Source: a virus
Lineage: Duplodnaviria; Caudoviricetes
Virus record (IMG/VR): IMGVR_UViG_3300018080_003823
Coordinates: 1,805-65,804 of that record
Length of the DNA stretch: 64,000 nucleotides
Direction: 5' to 3' (one strand)
The notes beneath the pieces are model-generated. The model had not been told where the DNA came from, did no database searches, and was given only the letters and a program-made list of their open reading frames with translations. The translations under genes were made by a program, and so were the position numbers. Shown piece by piece: positions 38,735-47,332 of this stretch. Every line of letters begins with the position of its first letter. The first letter of the stretch is position 1.

Positions 38735-38921
38735 ACAATGGATAGTGATTTTATTTGATGAAGAGGAGAATACTCCTTCTGATTCTGTTTTAGAAGTTTT
38801 TGGTCCTTTTAAATCATCAGATGAAGCAGAAGCTTGGTCTGATGACTATTGGTCGAAAATGTCTACAGAAATGCAAGAATTTCGAGGATTAACAGCTCAT
38901 TCAATTTGTCCTATCAGTTGA
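38724..38921 (+). CDS. hypothetical protein (GPF.S..EA..W motif)
   Basis: Overlapping start; the motif is of a type common in small phage proteins. Confidence 0.55.
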   Translation: MKNRQWIVILFDEEENTPSDSVLEVFGPFKSSDEAEAWSDDYWSKMSTEMQEFRGLTAHSICPIS

Positions 38922-38947
38922 GGAGAATGTTCAACTATGCATAATAC

Positions 38948-38976
38948 AAAAAGGCTAGCCACGAATGACTAGCCTT
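38948..38976 (-). terminator. probable intrinsic terminator
   Basis: AAGGCTAG..CTAGCCTT stem with an A-run on the left (U-tail on the minus strand), between convergent genes. Confidence 0.6.
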
Positions 38977-38987
38977 ATACAGGGAAT

Positions 38988-39215
38988 CTAGTACGCGAAT
39001 GCTAATGTGTCGTATGTTTCGACATCATTAGGATTCACCGGAAGTGAATCAGAAGGGCATTTTAAGTAGTTTATACATGTGAAATCTTTGGCGGGTTTTT
39101 GTAACTCCATTGCTTCTTCGTAGTAATGAACTTGTCTAGCATGTAATAATTCTAGAGATACAATTCCGAACAACACAACTGCTTGTAATGTAAAGAAAAT
39201 ACTTTTTTGACGCAT
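38988..39215 (-). CDS. small protein with N-terminal hydrophobic/signal segment
   Basis: AAAGGAG RBS before the ATG at 39215; MRQKSIFFTLQAVVLFGIVSL. Confidence 0.55.
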   Translation of the reverse strand: MRQKSIFFTLQAVVLFGIVSLELLHARQVHYYEEAMELQKPAKDFTCINYLKCPSDSLPVNPNDVETYDTLAFAY

Positions 39216-39331
39216 GATTTCTCCTTTTAAATAGGCGCCTAAGTTACTTACATTATTCAATATAAACAATGAAAGTATGCGTTAATTTCAGGTTAAAAAT
39301 ACGTTAAGGAATGTTAACGTTGTGAGTTAGT

Positions 39332-39766
39332 TCATGAAACATCTGTTTTATTATCGAAGTGTTCTTCTTTGTCGTCTGCTTTTGTTTTGTGTATCGTACC
39401 CTGTTTATGATTAGGTGGTGAATAGATTGAATATAGTTTCAAGTCTTCTGTTTCAGATATATTGATTATATTATGTTTTGTGCCTGATGATATAGTAGCC
39501 GAATCTCCATCTGTTACTTTGTGTGGTGTTCCTTCTATTATCACTTCTCCTTGTCCAGCTTCAAATCTAAAGAATTGATCTAGATCATGTGTTTCTGTGC
39601 CTATCTCTTCTCCTGGTTTTAGAGACATAAGTACTAATTGGCTATTTTTGGTAGTAAATAGGACTTTGCGGTAGTTGGTATTTTCTAGAGTATCTTTTTC
39701 TATATTTGAGAAAAATGCTGTTTTGGGAGTATTTTTCTGTAGTTTTTTGCTGATTATTGTTTTCAT
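39332..39766 (-). CDS. cupin-domain protein with a 17-aa N-terminal extension
   Basis: NIEKDTLENTNYRKVLFT..SQLVLMSL.PGEEIG.E.H.LDQFFRFE.G..HNIIN..LKLYSIYSPPNH. Confidence 0.85.
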   Translation of the reverse strand: MKTIISKKLQKNTPKTAFFSNIEKDTLENTNYRKVLFTTKNSQLVLMSLKPGEEIGTETHDLDQFFRFEAGQGEVIIEGTPHKVTDGDSATISSGTKHNIINISETEDLKLYSIYSPPNHKQGTIHKTKADDKEEHFDNKTDVS

Positions 39767-39910
39767 GATGTTGTGTAATTGGAAGAAAAATCAGTAATTT
39801 CCTTCTTATCGCAGGAAATGAAGACAAATTTTGAGTAATTTTAAATAGATCATTTGTCTGGAGATCATCAAAAGTAGAACTAATTTTTAATATGTAAAGG
39901 GACCTTAAAT

Positions 39911-40234
39911 ATGAGTACTGTTTCGCCGACAGAAGACACATATATAGATACAAATTTACCAAATACTAATTATAGCAACTCTAATGCTTTAAAGATTTGT
40001 TTTGTGGCTTTGAATTCTTCTAGAGCATTGTTTAAGTTTGATATGACCCAAATTGCTAACCCTAGTCAAGCAGCCAGTGTATTTTTTACCGGTTATATAA
40101 ACCATATTTTGGACAGTGATGTTGAATTTGGGTTAATCCAATCTGCCAAACGCAATATCACTGGTACTACTTGGAATAAATGGAATGGAGTAGATGATTG
40201 GAGTTTGGCGCACAGGAGGACACTTAAAACCTGA
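39911..40234 (+). pseudogene. truncated paralogue of 40563-41642 (DNRLRE-like), fused to a mobile-element remnant
   Basis: PTEDTYI..NY..RALFKFD..KRNIT..TWNKWNGVDDW aligns with the downstream gene; similarity stops at ~40201. Confidence 0.7.
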
Positions 40235-40554
40235 TAATACCAGAATACTCAAAATAGTACCTCTTAGATTCCACAGAAGACAATTACACGCTTTACAGTG
40301 TTTTAAAGGTGGAGTAAGAAAGAATTATGGCAGTACTAGGAGTTTGGGGTTTAAGAGAGGTTCGTTGGTTGAGCATAAGAAATACGGATTAAGTTATGTC
40401 GGAGGAAGTAGTAGAGGAAGGTTAAGTTTACATTCTGTATTAAGTGGAGTACGTTTGGCTCAGAATGTAAAGGTAGAGGAATGTTCATTTAGGAGTTATT
40501 CGAGTGTTCGTTTTTCCTCTACAGGGGCTAAAGCCCCATAGTTTCTAAAACGAA
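40202..40554 (+). mobile_element. 3' remnant of an IS200/IS605-family IsrB/IscB (RRXRR) element with terminal hairpin
   Basis: GGH..PDNT..HRRQLH..KGG.RK.YG.T.SLGFKRGSLV.H.KYG..YVGG..RLSLH. Hairpin GGGGCT-AA-AGCCCC at 40524-40537 is nested in TTCGTTTT/AAAACGAA. Confidence 0.7.
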
Positions 40555-40562
40555 AGAAAATT

Positions 40563-41642
40563 ATGAGTTCTAATATAAATCCAATAGAAGATACGTATTT
40601 ATCGGACGTGTCCCCAACAACTAATTATAGTTCCTCTGATAGGTTGTATTTAGTTAGCGCTGCTCCTGGTGCGGTATACAATGTTTTGATGCGTTTTGAT
40701 GCATCTAGTGTAATTGCTTTGACAAATATTACTGAGGTTACATTACATTGTACAGTAGAAGAATCACATGTCCAAATTCCTGGCACAGATATCCTCATTT
40801 ATGCAGGTTTAGTTCCATATAACAAACGAAATATCACAGATTCTACATGGAATAAATGGAATGGAGTAGATGACTGGGCTACTGCAGGAGGGGATGTTGA
40901 TGATGGATTAGGTTTAGTTACCATAAGCACTATTTCAGCAGAAGATCAAACCACTTTGTCTGGTGACGTAACCTCATTGTATGAATATGCTCGTGATACT
41001 TTAGATGTAACTGATTGGTTTACTATTGTAATCAAAACAGGCTGTATCCTAGGATCTACATATACTTATCTTTATAGCTCTGAATATGCTACGGCATCAT
41101 ATCGTCCGTATCTTACTTTTACTTATTCTTCTGCATCTACTACTCAGTCTGAACCTGCAGTAACTATTTCTCAATCTTTTGCTACCAGCTCAACAGTAAG
41201 TGCAGAGCGCAGTCAAGTCACATCTATAATAGTTCCTTCTGTGTCTAATCATACGGATACTCAATATCAGATATTTGATTATGTAGTATCAACTAATGAT
41301 ACTCCATTAATAGATGTTCGATCTAGCAACACAGAATTATTGACCAATGGTAACATATCAGAATTATCTCTTATTGAACTAGGTATTATTTTAAAGATGA
41401 ATCATTTATATAAAATACGGTTTAGAACTAAAAGTGGATCATCGTGGTCTTCATGGTCTTCTTTAACCACATTTCGAACTAGGGACTTAGATTACAAGTA
41501 TAAGCGCGGTCATCGTAACAGCGAAGTAGTTCAATTGACTACAGAAACAGCTACAAACCGAGGGGCTACTATAGTTAATAACGGTTCAGCGGTGACTAAT
41601 ACTAGTACATCTCGTGGGGCAACTATCGTAAATCCTGATTGA
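40563..41642 (+). CDS. DNRLRE/FN3-like domain protein, probable virion surface protein
   Basis: EDTYL..PTTNY..LMRFD..SSEY..RPYLTFTY followed by an FN3-like segment (YKIRFRT..WSSWS). Confidence 0.65.
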   Translation: MSSNINPIEDTYLSDVSPTTNYSSSDRLYLVSAAPGAVYNVLMRFDASSVIALTNITEVTLHCTVEESHVQIPGTDILIYAGLVPYNKRNITDSTWNKWNGVDDWATAGGDVDDGLGLVTISTISAEDQTTLSGDVTSLYEYARDTLDVTDWFTIVIKTGCILGSTYTYLYSSEYATASYRPYLTFTYSSASTTQSEPAVTISQSFATSSTVSAERSQVTSIIVPSVSNHTDTQYQIFDYVVSTNDTPLIDVRSSNTELLTNGNISELSLIELGIILKMNHLYKIRFRTKSGSSWSSWSSLTTFRTRDLDYKYKRGHRNSEVVQLTTETATNRGATIVNNGSAVTNTSTSRGATIVNPD

Positions 41643-41670
41643 GCCCATTATTAAAAATTCACGAATTTTG

Positions 41671-41699
41671 TTGACTTACTCTAGATTATGCTGTATACT
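41671..41699 (+). promoter_or_regulatory. sigma70-type promoter for the small-gene cluster
   Basis: TTGACT-N17-TATACT. Confidence 0.7.
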
Positions 41700-41750
41700 A
41701 TAGGGCATGATGAGTTTGATGAAGTGTAATATTTTTGAACAGGAAAAGAT

Positions 41751-41942
41751 ATGACTACTCAACACGCAACTTGTCTAGTCGATGGTGAACCTTGGTATAG
41801 CATGGATCTTCCTGAGGGCGTTGAATTTGTAGGCATGGAGAAAGATCCTAATCAACCGCCGAGATATGGCAAAATGTATCATCCCTGGTTCAATTGTCCT
41901 TGTTACGAGACGACTAAGGAGAAGGAACGACATGACGGTTAA
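41751..41942 (+). CDS. hypothetical protein
   Basis: First ORF after the promoter; AGGA RBS. Confidence 0.5.
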   Translation: MTTQHATCLVDGEPWYSMDLPEGVEFVGMEKDPNQPPRYGKMYHPWFNCPCYETTKEKERHDG

Positions 41943-42132
41943 AGAACTGAAAGACAAATTGAACGATTTCCCGGATGACATGGCAGTTTGGTGGGTAGAT
42001 GTTATTGAAGGTAATGATGACACTGTTGAAAGTGTTTACGAAGGACAGGATCCATACGGAGCAGATACTGATAAGGTAGTGTTTATTTCTCCTTCATATG
42101 CTCCAAGGTGCAAATTAAATGACAAACCCTAA
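41932..42132 (+). CDS. small hypothetical protein (MTVKELKDKL..FPDD type)
   Basis: ATG at 41932 follows AAGGA; N-terminal motif common in small phage proteins. Confidence 0.6.
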   Translation: MTVKELKDKLNDFPDDMAVWWVDVIEGNDDTVESVYEGQDPYGADTDKVVFISPSYAPRCKLNDKP

Positions 42133-42481
42133 TGACAGATTAGATTGTTCTGATGTGGAAGCATATATAGATCAAAAAGTTCGTCAAAAGTTACGTAAAT
42201 GGCTTGGTAAGGATGGTATTTCTTTTTTTCGCGAAATTAAAGAAAAACATGGTCGAGTAGATGCCTGTTGGTTAGAAGGTTCTGAGGATGATCCCGATAA
42301 GACTGTTCTGGCTAATGCTATCGAGAAGGCTAAATTTCCTGGAATTCCTCATCCTGTTCATTTCCGTGAGGGTATGCAAGTAAGGAATTTTTTGCGTACT
42401 ATTTTTGGTGATACTTGGACTGCTCACGATTATGATAATAGATGGGCAGAGTTGATAGAAGATGCTATAAGGGAGAATTAG
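42119..42481 (+). CDS. hypothetical protein (PHPVHFREGMQVRN motif)
   Basis: 120-aa ORF in a tightly packed cluster. Confidence 0.6.
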   Translation: MTNPNDRLDCSDVEAYIDQKVRQKLRKWLGKDGISFFREIKEKHGRVDACWLEGSEDDPDKTVLANAIEKAKFPGIPHPVHFREGMQVRNFLRTIFGDTWTAHDYDNRWAELIEDAIREN

Positions 42482-42697
42482 ATGCTTCCTAGAGACAAGG
42501 AAATAATGTATATGCATTTGGATGCTATCAGAAAAGCTATACAGAGTTTGAATGATGAGAATGATCAATCTTGGGATTGGAGATTAAATTGCAACCTCAT
42601 TGATATACGAGACAAAATTAGAGAACGCGTTCATTTGGATCCGACCAGAAAGACCATGGAGAGTTATAATGGAGCCGAAAAGACCGAACACGATTGA
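42482..42697 (+). CDS. hypothetical protein
   Basis: ATG lies directly after the TAG of the previous gene, in the same frame. Confidence 0.5.
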   Translation: MLPRDKEIMYMHLDAIRKAIQSLNDENDQSWDWRLNCNLIDIRDKIRERVHLDPTRKTMESYNGAEKTEHD

Positions 42698-43217
42698 AGT
42701 TAATACTACTTCGCATGAGCATACTCATTTTTTAGCTGGGGTACAGTTAATCCGTCAAGCTAATGAAAAATATAAAGTTCCGTCAGAAAATTGGCCTTCT
42801 CCTACTCGTCATAGGATTGGCACTTCTAATGATAGATATTATGCTGAAATATGGACAGATGGGATGGATTGGCAACGCAATTATTGGTGTTTAGAGGCTG
42901 TTAATTATAGCCCACCTGCATGTTCTCCTTTTCTTAGATTCGCAGATTATAGCGAAGAAAACAAGTTTAACAACTATGACTTAAATAAAATGCTGGAAGC
43001 TTTATTGTATTTTCGGCGGAATGAAATATGGATTAGACATAACGATTGGAGATGTATTTATGGTGATGAAGTGTGGGGTTTTTTAAAATATAATTTAGGT
43101 TCAGCTAAAAACTCTTGGGTGGATTGTTCGTATGCTCACAATTCACAACCATTGGTTAAATTTCAAATAATGCACGATTTTTTACCCAATTGGGTTAATC
43201 ACTTAGGGACAAAATAA
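42669..43217 (+). CDS. hypothetical protein
   Basis: ATG at 42669 follows GGAG; ORF track start is 42600. Confidence 0.55.
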   Translation: MEPKRPNTIEVNTTSHEHTHFLAGVQLIRQANEKYKVPSENWPSPTRHRIGTSNDRYYAEIWTDGMDWQRNYWCLEAVNYSPPACSPFLRFADYSEENKFNNYDLNKMLEALLYFRRNEIWIRHNDWRCIYGDEVWGFLKYNLGSAKNSWVDCSYAHNSQPLVKFQIMHDFLPNWVNHLGTK

Positions 43218-43784
43218 ATGATCTATGTTATTGGTCCTAAAAGTATTAAAGTACCCAACGCTATTAATACTACTTCTCGTTCTAAGAATTGGAGCAGAGG
43301 TTTAAGTCCTTTCTTTTTAGGTCCAGTTACATTAACAGGAGCCAACAATAGTATTTCTTATAATGTAGAGAATGCATGGCAATTTACCAAGGTATATCCT
43401 GAACATACAAAAGATGGATTTCCCTCTAAAGAATATTTCAAATGGGCTAGAAGTGGATTTGAGGATCATAGGGCTCATCGTTATCCTATGGGTAAAGGTA
43501 GAATTCCGTGTTATTCTTGGTGGAATAAGGAAAAATTATCTTATATAGAGGCGCGTAAAGAAATTTATATACCTTTGTATTCATCTGCTGTTTCTAAATC
43601 TGATGCTTTTCAGAAATTAAAAAAGATTCATGAAGAAGGAAAAGATATTTGGTTGTGGGATTTTGATGGTTATAATCATCGAATTTTAGATATGTCTTGG
43701 GATGAAGTAATCAACAATGAAGACAGGAAGATGGGGCATGCTTTTGTTTTAGCTATGATGTTGGAAAAAGTCATAAAAGAGTAA
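43218..43784 (+). CDS. DUF6939/NADAR-like protein (putative)
   Basis: LSPFFLGPV..NVENAWQFTKVY..LSYIEARKEIYIPLY..GHAFVL. Confidence 0.55.
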   Translation: MIYVIGPKSIKVPNAINTTSRSKNWSRGLSPFFLGPVTLTGANNSISYNVENAWQFTKVYPEHTKDGFPSKEYFKWARSGFEDHRAHRYPMGKGRIPCYSWWNKEKLSYIEARKEIYIPLYSSAVSKSDAFQKLKKIHEEGKDIWLWDFDGYNHRILDMSWDEVINNEDRKMGHAFVLAMMLEKVIKE

Positions 43785-43829
43785 ACAGCATGCATTGTGT
43801 TCTGGTTATAAACTAATGGAATTGAAACA

Positions 43830-44345
43830 ATGAAAGCCAAAAACTGTCCTAGGTGTGAAAGTGACGATCTAGATATTAATGATTGTGGTTATAGTTCTTT
43901 TAATATTGCTTGGGTCCGTTGTAAACAATGTAATTTAACAGTTAAGGTAACAGGAGATAACGCTGTTAATACCTGGAACAAGTGGATAGAAGATCCTGCA
44001 GGGACACTAGTAGAGGAAATTCGCTACAAGGCTAAAGAAAATCGACGTTTACGAAAAGAGACAGGAATAGATATATCAGAATATGCGGCTGATTTAATTT
44101 CTGTCTTGTCCACAAAGAAAACTCCTAAAACAAAAAAGTCCAATATGATCAGTAGAGAAGAGGCAGAGTCTTTTTTATACAAAGTGGATGTGGAAGGACT
44201 ATGTTATGCAATTCGTAATTATGCTCCGGAAAATACCAATGATGAAGATCTAGAAAGAACATTAGCAGCTTTTAAGATCATTTATGGTAAAATTAAGGAA
44301 TATGTAGAAGAGTTGCGAGACCATTATGGTATTGAGGAGTGTTAA
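43830..44345 (+). CDS. Lar (restriction-alleviation)-like Zn-ribbon domain protein
   Basis: KNCPRCES..VRCKQC..AVNTWNK. Confidence 0.5.
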   Translation: MKAKNCPRCESDDLDINDCGYSSFNIAWVRCKQCNLTVKVTGDNAVNTWNKWIEDPAGTLVEEIRYKAKENRRLRKETGIDISEYAADLISVLSTKKTPKTKKSNMISREEAESFLYKVDVEGLCYAIRNYAPENTNDEDLERTLAAFKIIYGKIKEYVEELRDHYGIEEC

Positions 44346-44623
44346 AAATGAGAGCACCAACAATTAGATTTGGTAGATATAGAATTAGATACAGACAAGT
44401 ACCATATGTGGATAGGTATTTTTTTGTAGATATTTTAAGAAGTCCTAGCGGGAAACGTTGGAGCAAAGATGAAATAAGAATTAGAGGCTTTCATCGCCTC
44501 TATGACATCGCGGTTTGCAAATTGTTTTGGTTTGTTGTATTAGAAACCGATCATAAGCGACTAGATGATTTCATGGAAAAAGTAAAATTGTACGATGACT
44601 ATTTAGACAAAAGTGAGGACTAA
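44339..44623 (+). CDS. hypothetical protein
   Basis: ORF in the cluster; GAGGAG RBS. Confidence 0.5.
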   Translation: MLKMRAPTIRFGRYRIRYRQVPYVDRYFFVDILRSPSGKRWSKDEIRIRGFHRLYDIAVCKLFWFVVLETDHKRLDDFMEKVKLYDDYLDKSED

Positions 44624-44625
44624 AC

Positions 44626-45006
44626 ATGGAAGCTCCATCGGGTTACGTTTGTCTGAATACTGACGAGGTTATTCGTCGTTGCGAATTGGCTATCAATGAA
44701 ATTAAAGCTATTCGTCAAAAAGATGATGATGAATTTATAGCTCAATATATTGAAGATTATAATTATTGGTCTTTTCTACCTTGGCGAGAGTTTATAGATA
44801 AAGAACAGGCTAAACGGAATATAGCGAACTCTAAAAACACTTGCTATTTTTTTCGTTACCCTAGTATTTATGGAGATAGGTTTTTGGATAATGCAGAAAA
44901 GCTGTTAGAGGCTGCTCTTGCAACTCATCTTGAAGTTATGTGGATTGCTTCGGGAGCGTATATTCTTTTAAAGAAATTCAAAGAAACTTCTAAAACAGAT
45001 TTTTAA
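44626..45006 (+). CDS. hypothetical protein
   Basis: 126 aa; GAGGA RBS. Confidence 0.55.
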   Translation: MEAPSGYVCLNTDEVIRRCELAINEIKAIRQKDDDEFIAQYIEDYNYWSFLPWREFIDKEQAKRNIANSKNTCYFFRYPSIYGDRFLDNAEKLLEAALATHLEVMWIASGAYILLKKFKETSKTDF

Positions 45007-45035
45007 AAAATGCTTGCCGACTTATGGAGAACCTA

Positions 45036-45386
45036 ATGCCAAAGAGATTTTATGACATTAAAGAAGTATCTGAAACACTAGATAAATCTGAAGATGAAAT
45101 CAAACAGTTAGTAGTGAGTGGGAATTTGATGGAATATAGAGACGGAGGTTCACCTCTTTACAAAAGAGAGGAAGTTGAAAAGATTAAATCACAGGAAGAT
45201 CTTCCACCTGTTAAATCTAAAGAATGGGAATGGGAACGGATAAGCTTGGTTCCCGAAGAAGTAGTACCCGAAGAGTCTACAGTAATTTCTAATATATGTT
45301 CAAAATGCGAAAATGGAATTGTTATTAAAGGCAAAGTAGTAATTTGTTGTGTTGTATTAATTGTATTGAAAAGTTTAATCTTTTAA
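45036..45386 (+). CDS. excisionase/MerR-like HTH protein with hydrophobic C-terminus
   Basis: MPKRFYDIKEVSETLDKSEDEIKQLV.SG.L.EYRDG..LYKREEVE. Confidence 0.65.
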   Translation: MPKRFYDIKEVSETLDKSEDEIKQLVVSGNLMEYRDGGSPLYKREEVEKIKSQEDLPPVKSKEWEWERISLVPEEVVPEESTVISNICSKCENGIVIKGKVVICCVVLIVLKSLIF

Positions 45387-45399
45387 ACCGGGGGGAATT

Positions 45400-45840
45400 A
45401 TGGTTTTTATGACAAGCGGACAGTATAAGAGGTACCTTAGGGTTATTAAACAACTAGAAGATTGTGAAGAAATATATTATGACGCTATTAAAGCTCTTCT
45501 GTTACGAATACATGAGATTTGTGTTGAGCAAGGAATTTCAAAGAGACTTACCAAGAAGCAGCGGAATAAAATTAGTTTTAGTTTTCGGAATAGGCATGCC
45601 ATTGATGATGAAACAACAATAAGCGTAATTGACATATATCCTCCATCTTTAACTGATACTTTTCATCTTGAGTATCTGCCAGTTTCATGGTTATGGCGGG
45701 GTAGTAGTTGGGAAGCAGAGTTTATCGAAGAATGGATCGAACCAGTTCTATTAGAACAAGAAAAACACAAGAAACAAATTGAAGATGATGAGTTTGAAGA
45801 GTATGAGCGATTACAGAAAAAATTCAAAAATAAGACATAA
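45400..45840 (+). CDS. hypothetical protein
   Basis: 146 aa ending EEYERLQKKF. Confidence 0.6.
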   Translation: MVFMTSGQYKRYLRVIKQLEDCEEIYYDAIKALLLRIHEICVEQGISKRLTKKQRNKISFSFRNRHAIDDETTISVIDIYPPSLTDTFHLEYLPVSWLWRGSSWEAEFIEEWIEPVLLEQEKHKKQIEDDEFEEYERLQKKFKNKT

Positions 45841-45859
45841 GTACAATGAGAGAAAAATC

Positions 45860-45997
45860 ATGAAACCAGAATCAGTAGATTGTCCACGGTGTAAAGGTAA
45901 TGGAAAGAATGAGTTCGATTGGAGGAAATGCAAATTTTGTCATGGTAAGAAAGAAGTCACTATAGAAGCTGTCAAATGGTATGAAGAAAGAAAGTAG
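45860..45997 (+). CDS. small DnaJ-type Zn-finger protein
   Basis: CPRCKGNG and CKFCHGKK. Confidence 0.55.
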   Translation: MKPESVDCPRCKGNGKNEFDWRKCKFCHGKKEVTIEAVKWYEERK

Positions 45998-46136
45998 AAT
46001 TAGAAATTACTAATTAATGGAACGAACCGATGAGAATCAAAGCAGAAACTCATATTTCCGAAGACCTTAAACAATGGGACAAAAGAAATCCTAAGCCTCG
46101 TAAGTTTCCGAAAAAATCACAATAGATTGAGATATT

Positions 46137-46937
46137 ATGCATTTTTTAATTGAATCTAGAATTTGGGAAGACAATGAAGAGCGTATTATTTCTGTTTTAA
46201 CAGATAAAAAAATACCCTATACTACTCATCCTTTTGCTCCCTTCGATCCATCTATTTTAAATACTATTGATGATCCTAATATATTCTGTTACGGGTCATT
46301 ACAATGGATTGCGCAAGCTCGAACAATACACGATCTCAGATTGAATATTATGTGTTCAATTTACAATTTTGATTGTCAAGTATATTACCCTTACTTTGAG
46401 GATTTTTTGTTTAATGATACATATCAAATGATGACTTTGTGTGATTTTGTATCTAATTTCAAAAATTTGTTAGACCAGTATGAAGGCAAGCTTTTTTTGC
46501 GCCCTTGTACTGGATATAAGAATGGTCCTATTTCAGGTGGTATATTTGATCAACATACATTTGATAAATACATTTATTTTTTTAAGGATGAATTAAAAAA
46601 AGAAGACATGGTGATTGTTGATAAAGTTCGTCATATAGATTACGAATGGAGAACTATAATACATGGTAATAGATGTATAACAGGGTGTCAATACGGATCA
46701 TTTGATTTAGAAACCCAGAGATATGGATTTGATCCTGATCCTAGTTTTCCAGATCGTGTACGTATTAAAGCGGAAGAAGTGGCTCGTGCTATAAAATGGG
46801 TTCCTGATCCTATCTTTGTTTTAGATATAGTTGAGAGTAAGGGTGAATTGTCTGTGATGGAAATTAATGCTCTGAGTACTTCGGGGTGGTATGATTGTGA
46901 TATTGGTGCTATTGTTGATTCGATTTGTTTAATTTAA
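46137..46937 (+). CDS. ATP-grasp (R2K/DUF4343-like) protein
   Basis: YGSL..LFLRP..K..SGGIF..EWR..FVLDI..VMEINALSTSGWY.CD. Confidence 0.75.
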   Translation: MHFLIESRIWEDNEERIISVLTDKKIPYTTHPFAPFDPSILNTIDDPNIFCYGSLQWIAQARTIHDLRLNIMCSIYNFDCQVYYPYFEDFLFNDTYQMMTLCDFVSNFKNLLDQYEGKLFLRPCTGYKNGPISGGIFDQHTFDKYIYFFKDELKKEDMVIVDKVRHIDYEWRTIIHGNRCITGCQYGSFDLETQRYGFDPDPSFPDRVRIKAEEVARAIKWVPDPIFVLDIVESKGELSVMEINALSTSGWYDCDIGAIVDSICLI

Positions 46938-46950
46938 AAAGGACAGAATA

Positions 46951-47088
46951 ATGGCTTTTATGACGAAGCAATGGATTAAGCCATACCAAATTAAAGAACA
47001 AAAATTGTTACAAAAGCAACAAGAACAAGATGATAAAAATGATTTAAAAGAATACAAGCGCTTAAAGAAAAAATTTGGCGGGAAATAG
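46951..47088 (+). CDS. 45-aa internally deleted paralogue of 45400-45840 (not in ORF track)
   Basis: AAAGGA RBS; MAFMT..QWIKP..DLKEYKRLKKKF versus MVFMT..EWIEP..EEYERLQKKF. Confidence 0.55.
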   Translation: MAFMTKQWIKPYQIKEQKLLQKQQEQDDKNDLKEYKRLKKKFGGK

Positions 47089-47098
47089 GAGGTTAATA

Positions 47099-47332
47099 AT
47101 GGTATGCACCCGTTGTGAAGGTACTGGTTTTTTGAATCTTCATCAAATAGATGAAGATAATGTTTTAGATGATGGAGTTGATGCTATTTTGATGTGGATA
47201 CAGACTCACGACAATCATGATGTAATGATTTGTGATTGTTGTGGAGGTGAAGAAGGGTGGTATGGAGAGCCAGGATACCATCATCACAACGGATCTGGAT
47301 GGGATACTCCTGGGATTCCGGATTGTATTTAG
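47099..47332 (+). CDS. small Cys-rich protein
   Basis: GGAGG RBS; CTRCEGTG and CDCCGG. Confidence 0.55.
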   Translation: MVCTRCEGTGFLNLHQIDEDNVLDDGVDAILMWIQTHDNHDVMICDCCGGEEGWYGEPGYHHHNGSGWDTPGIPDCI

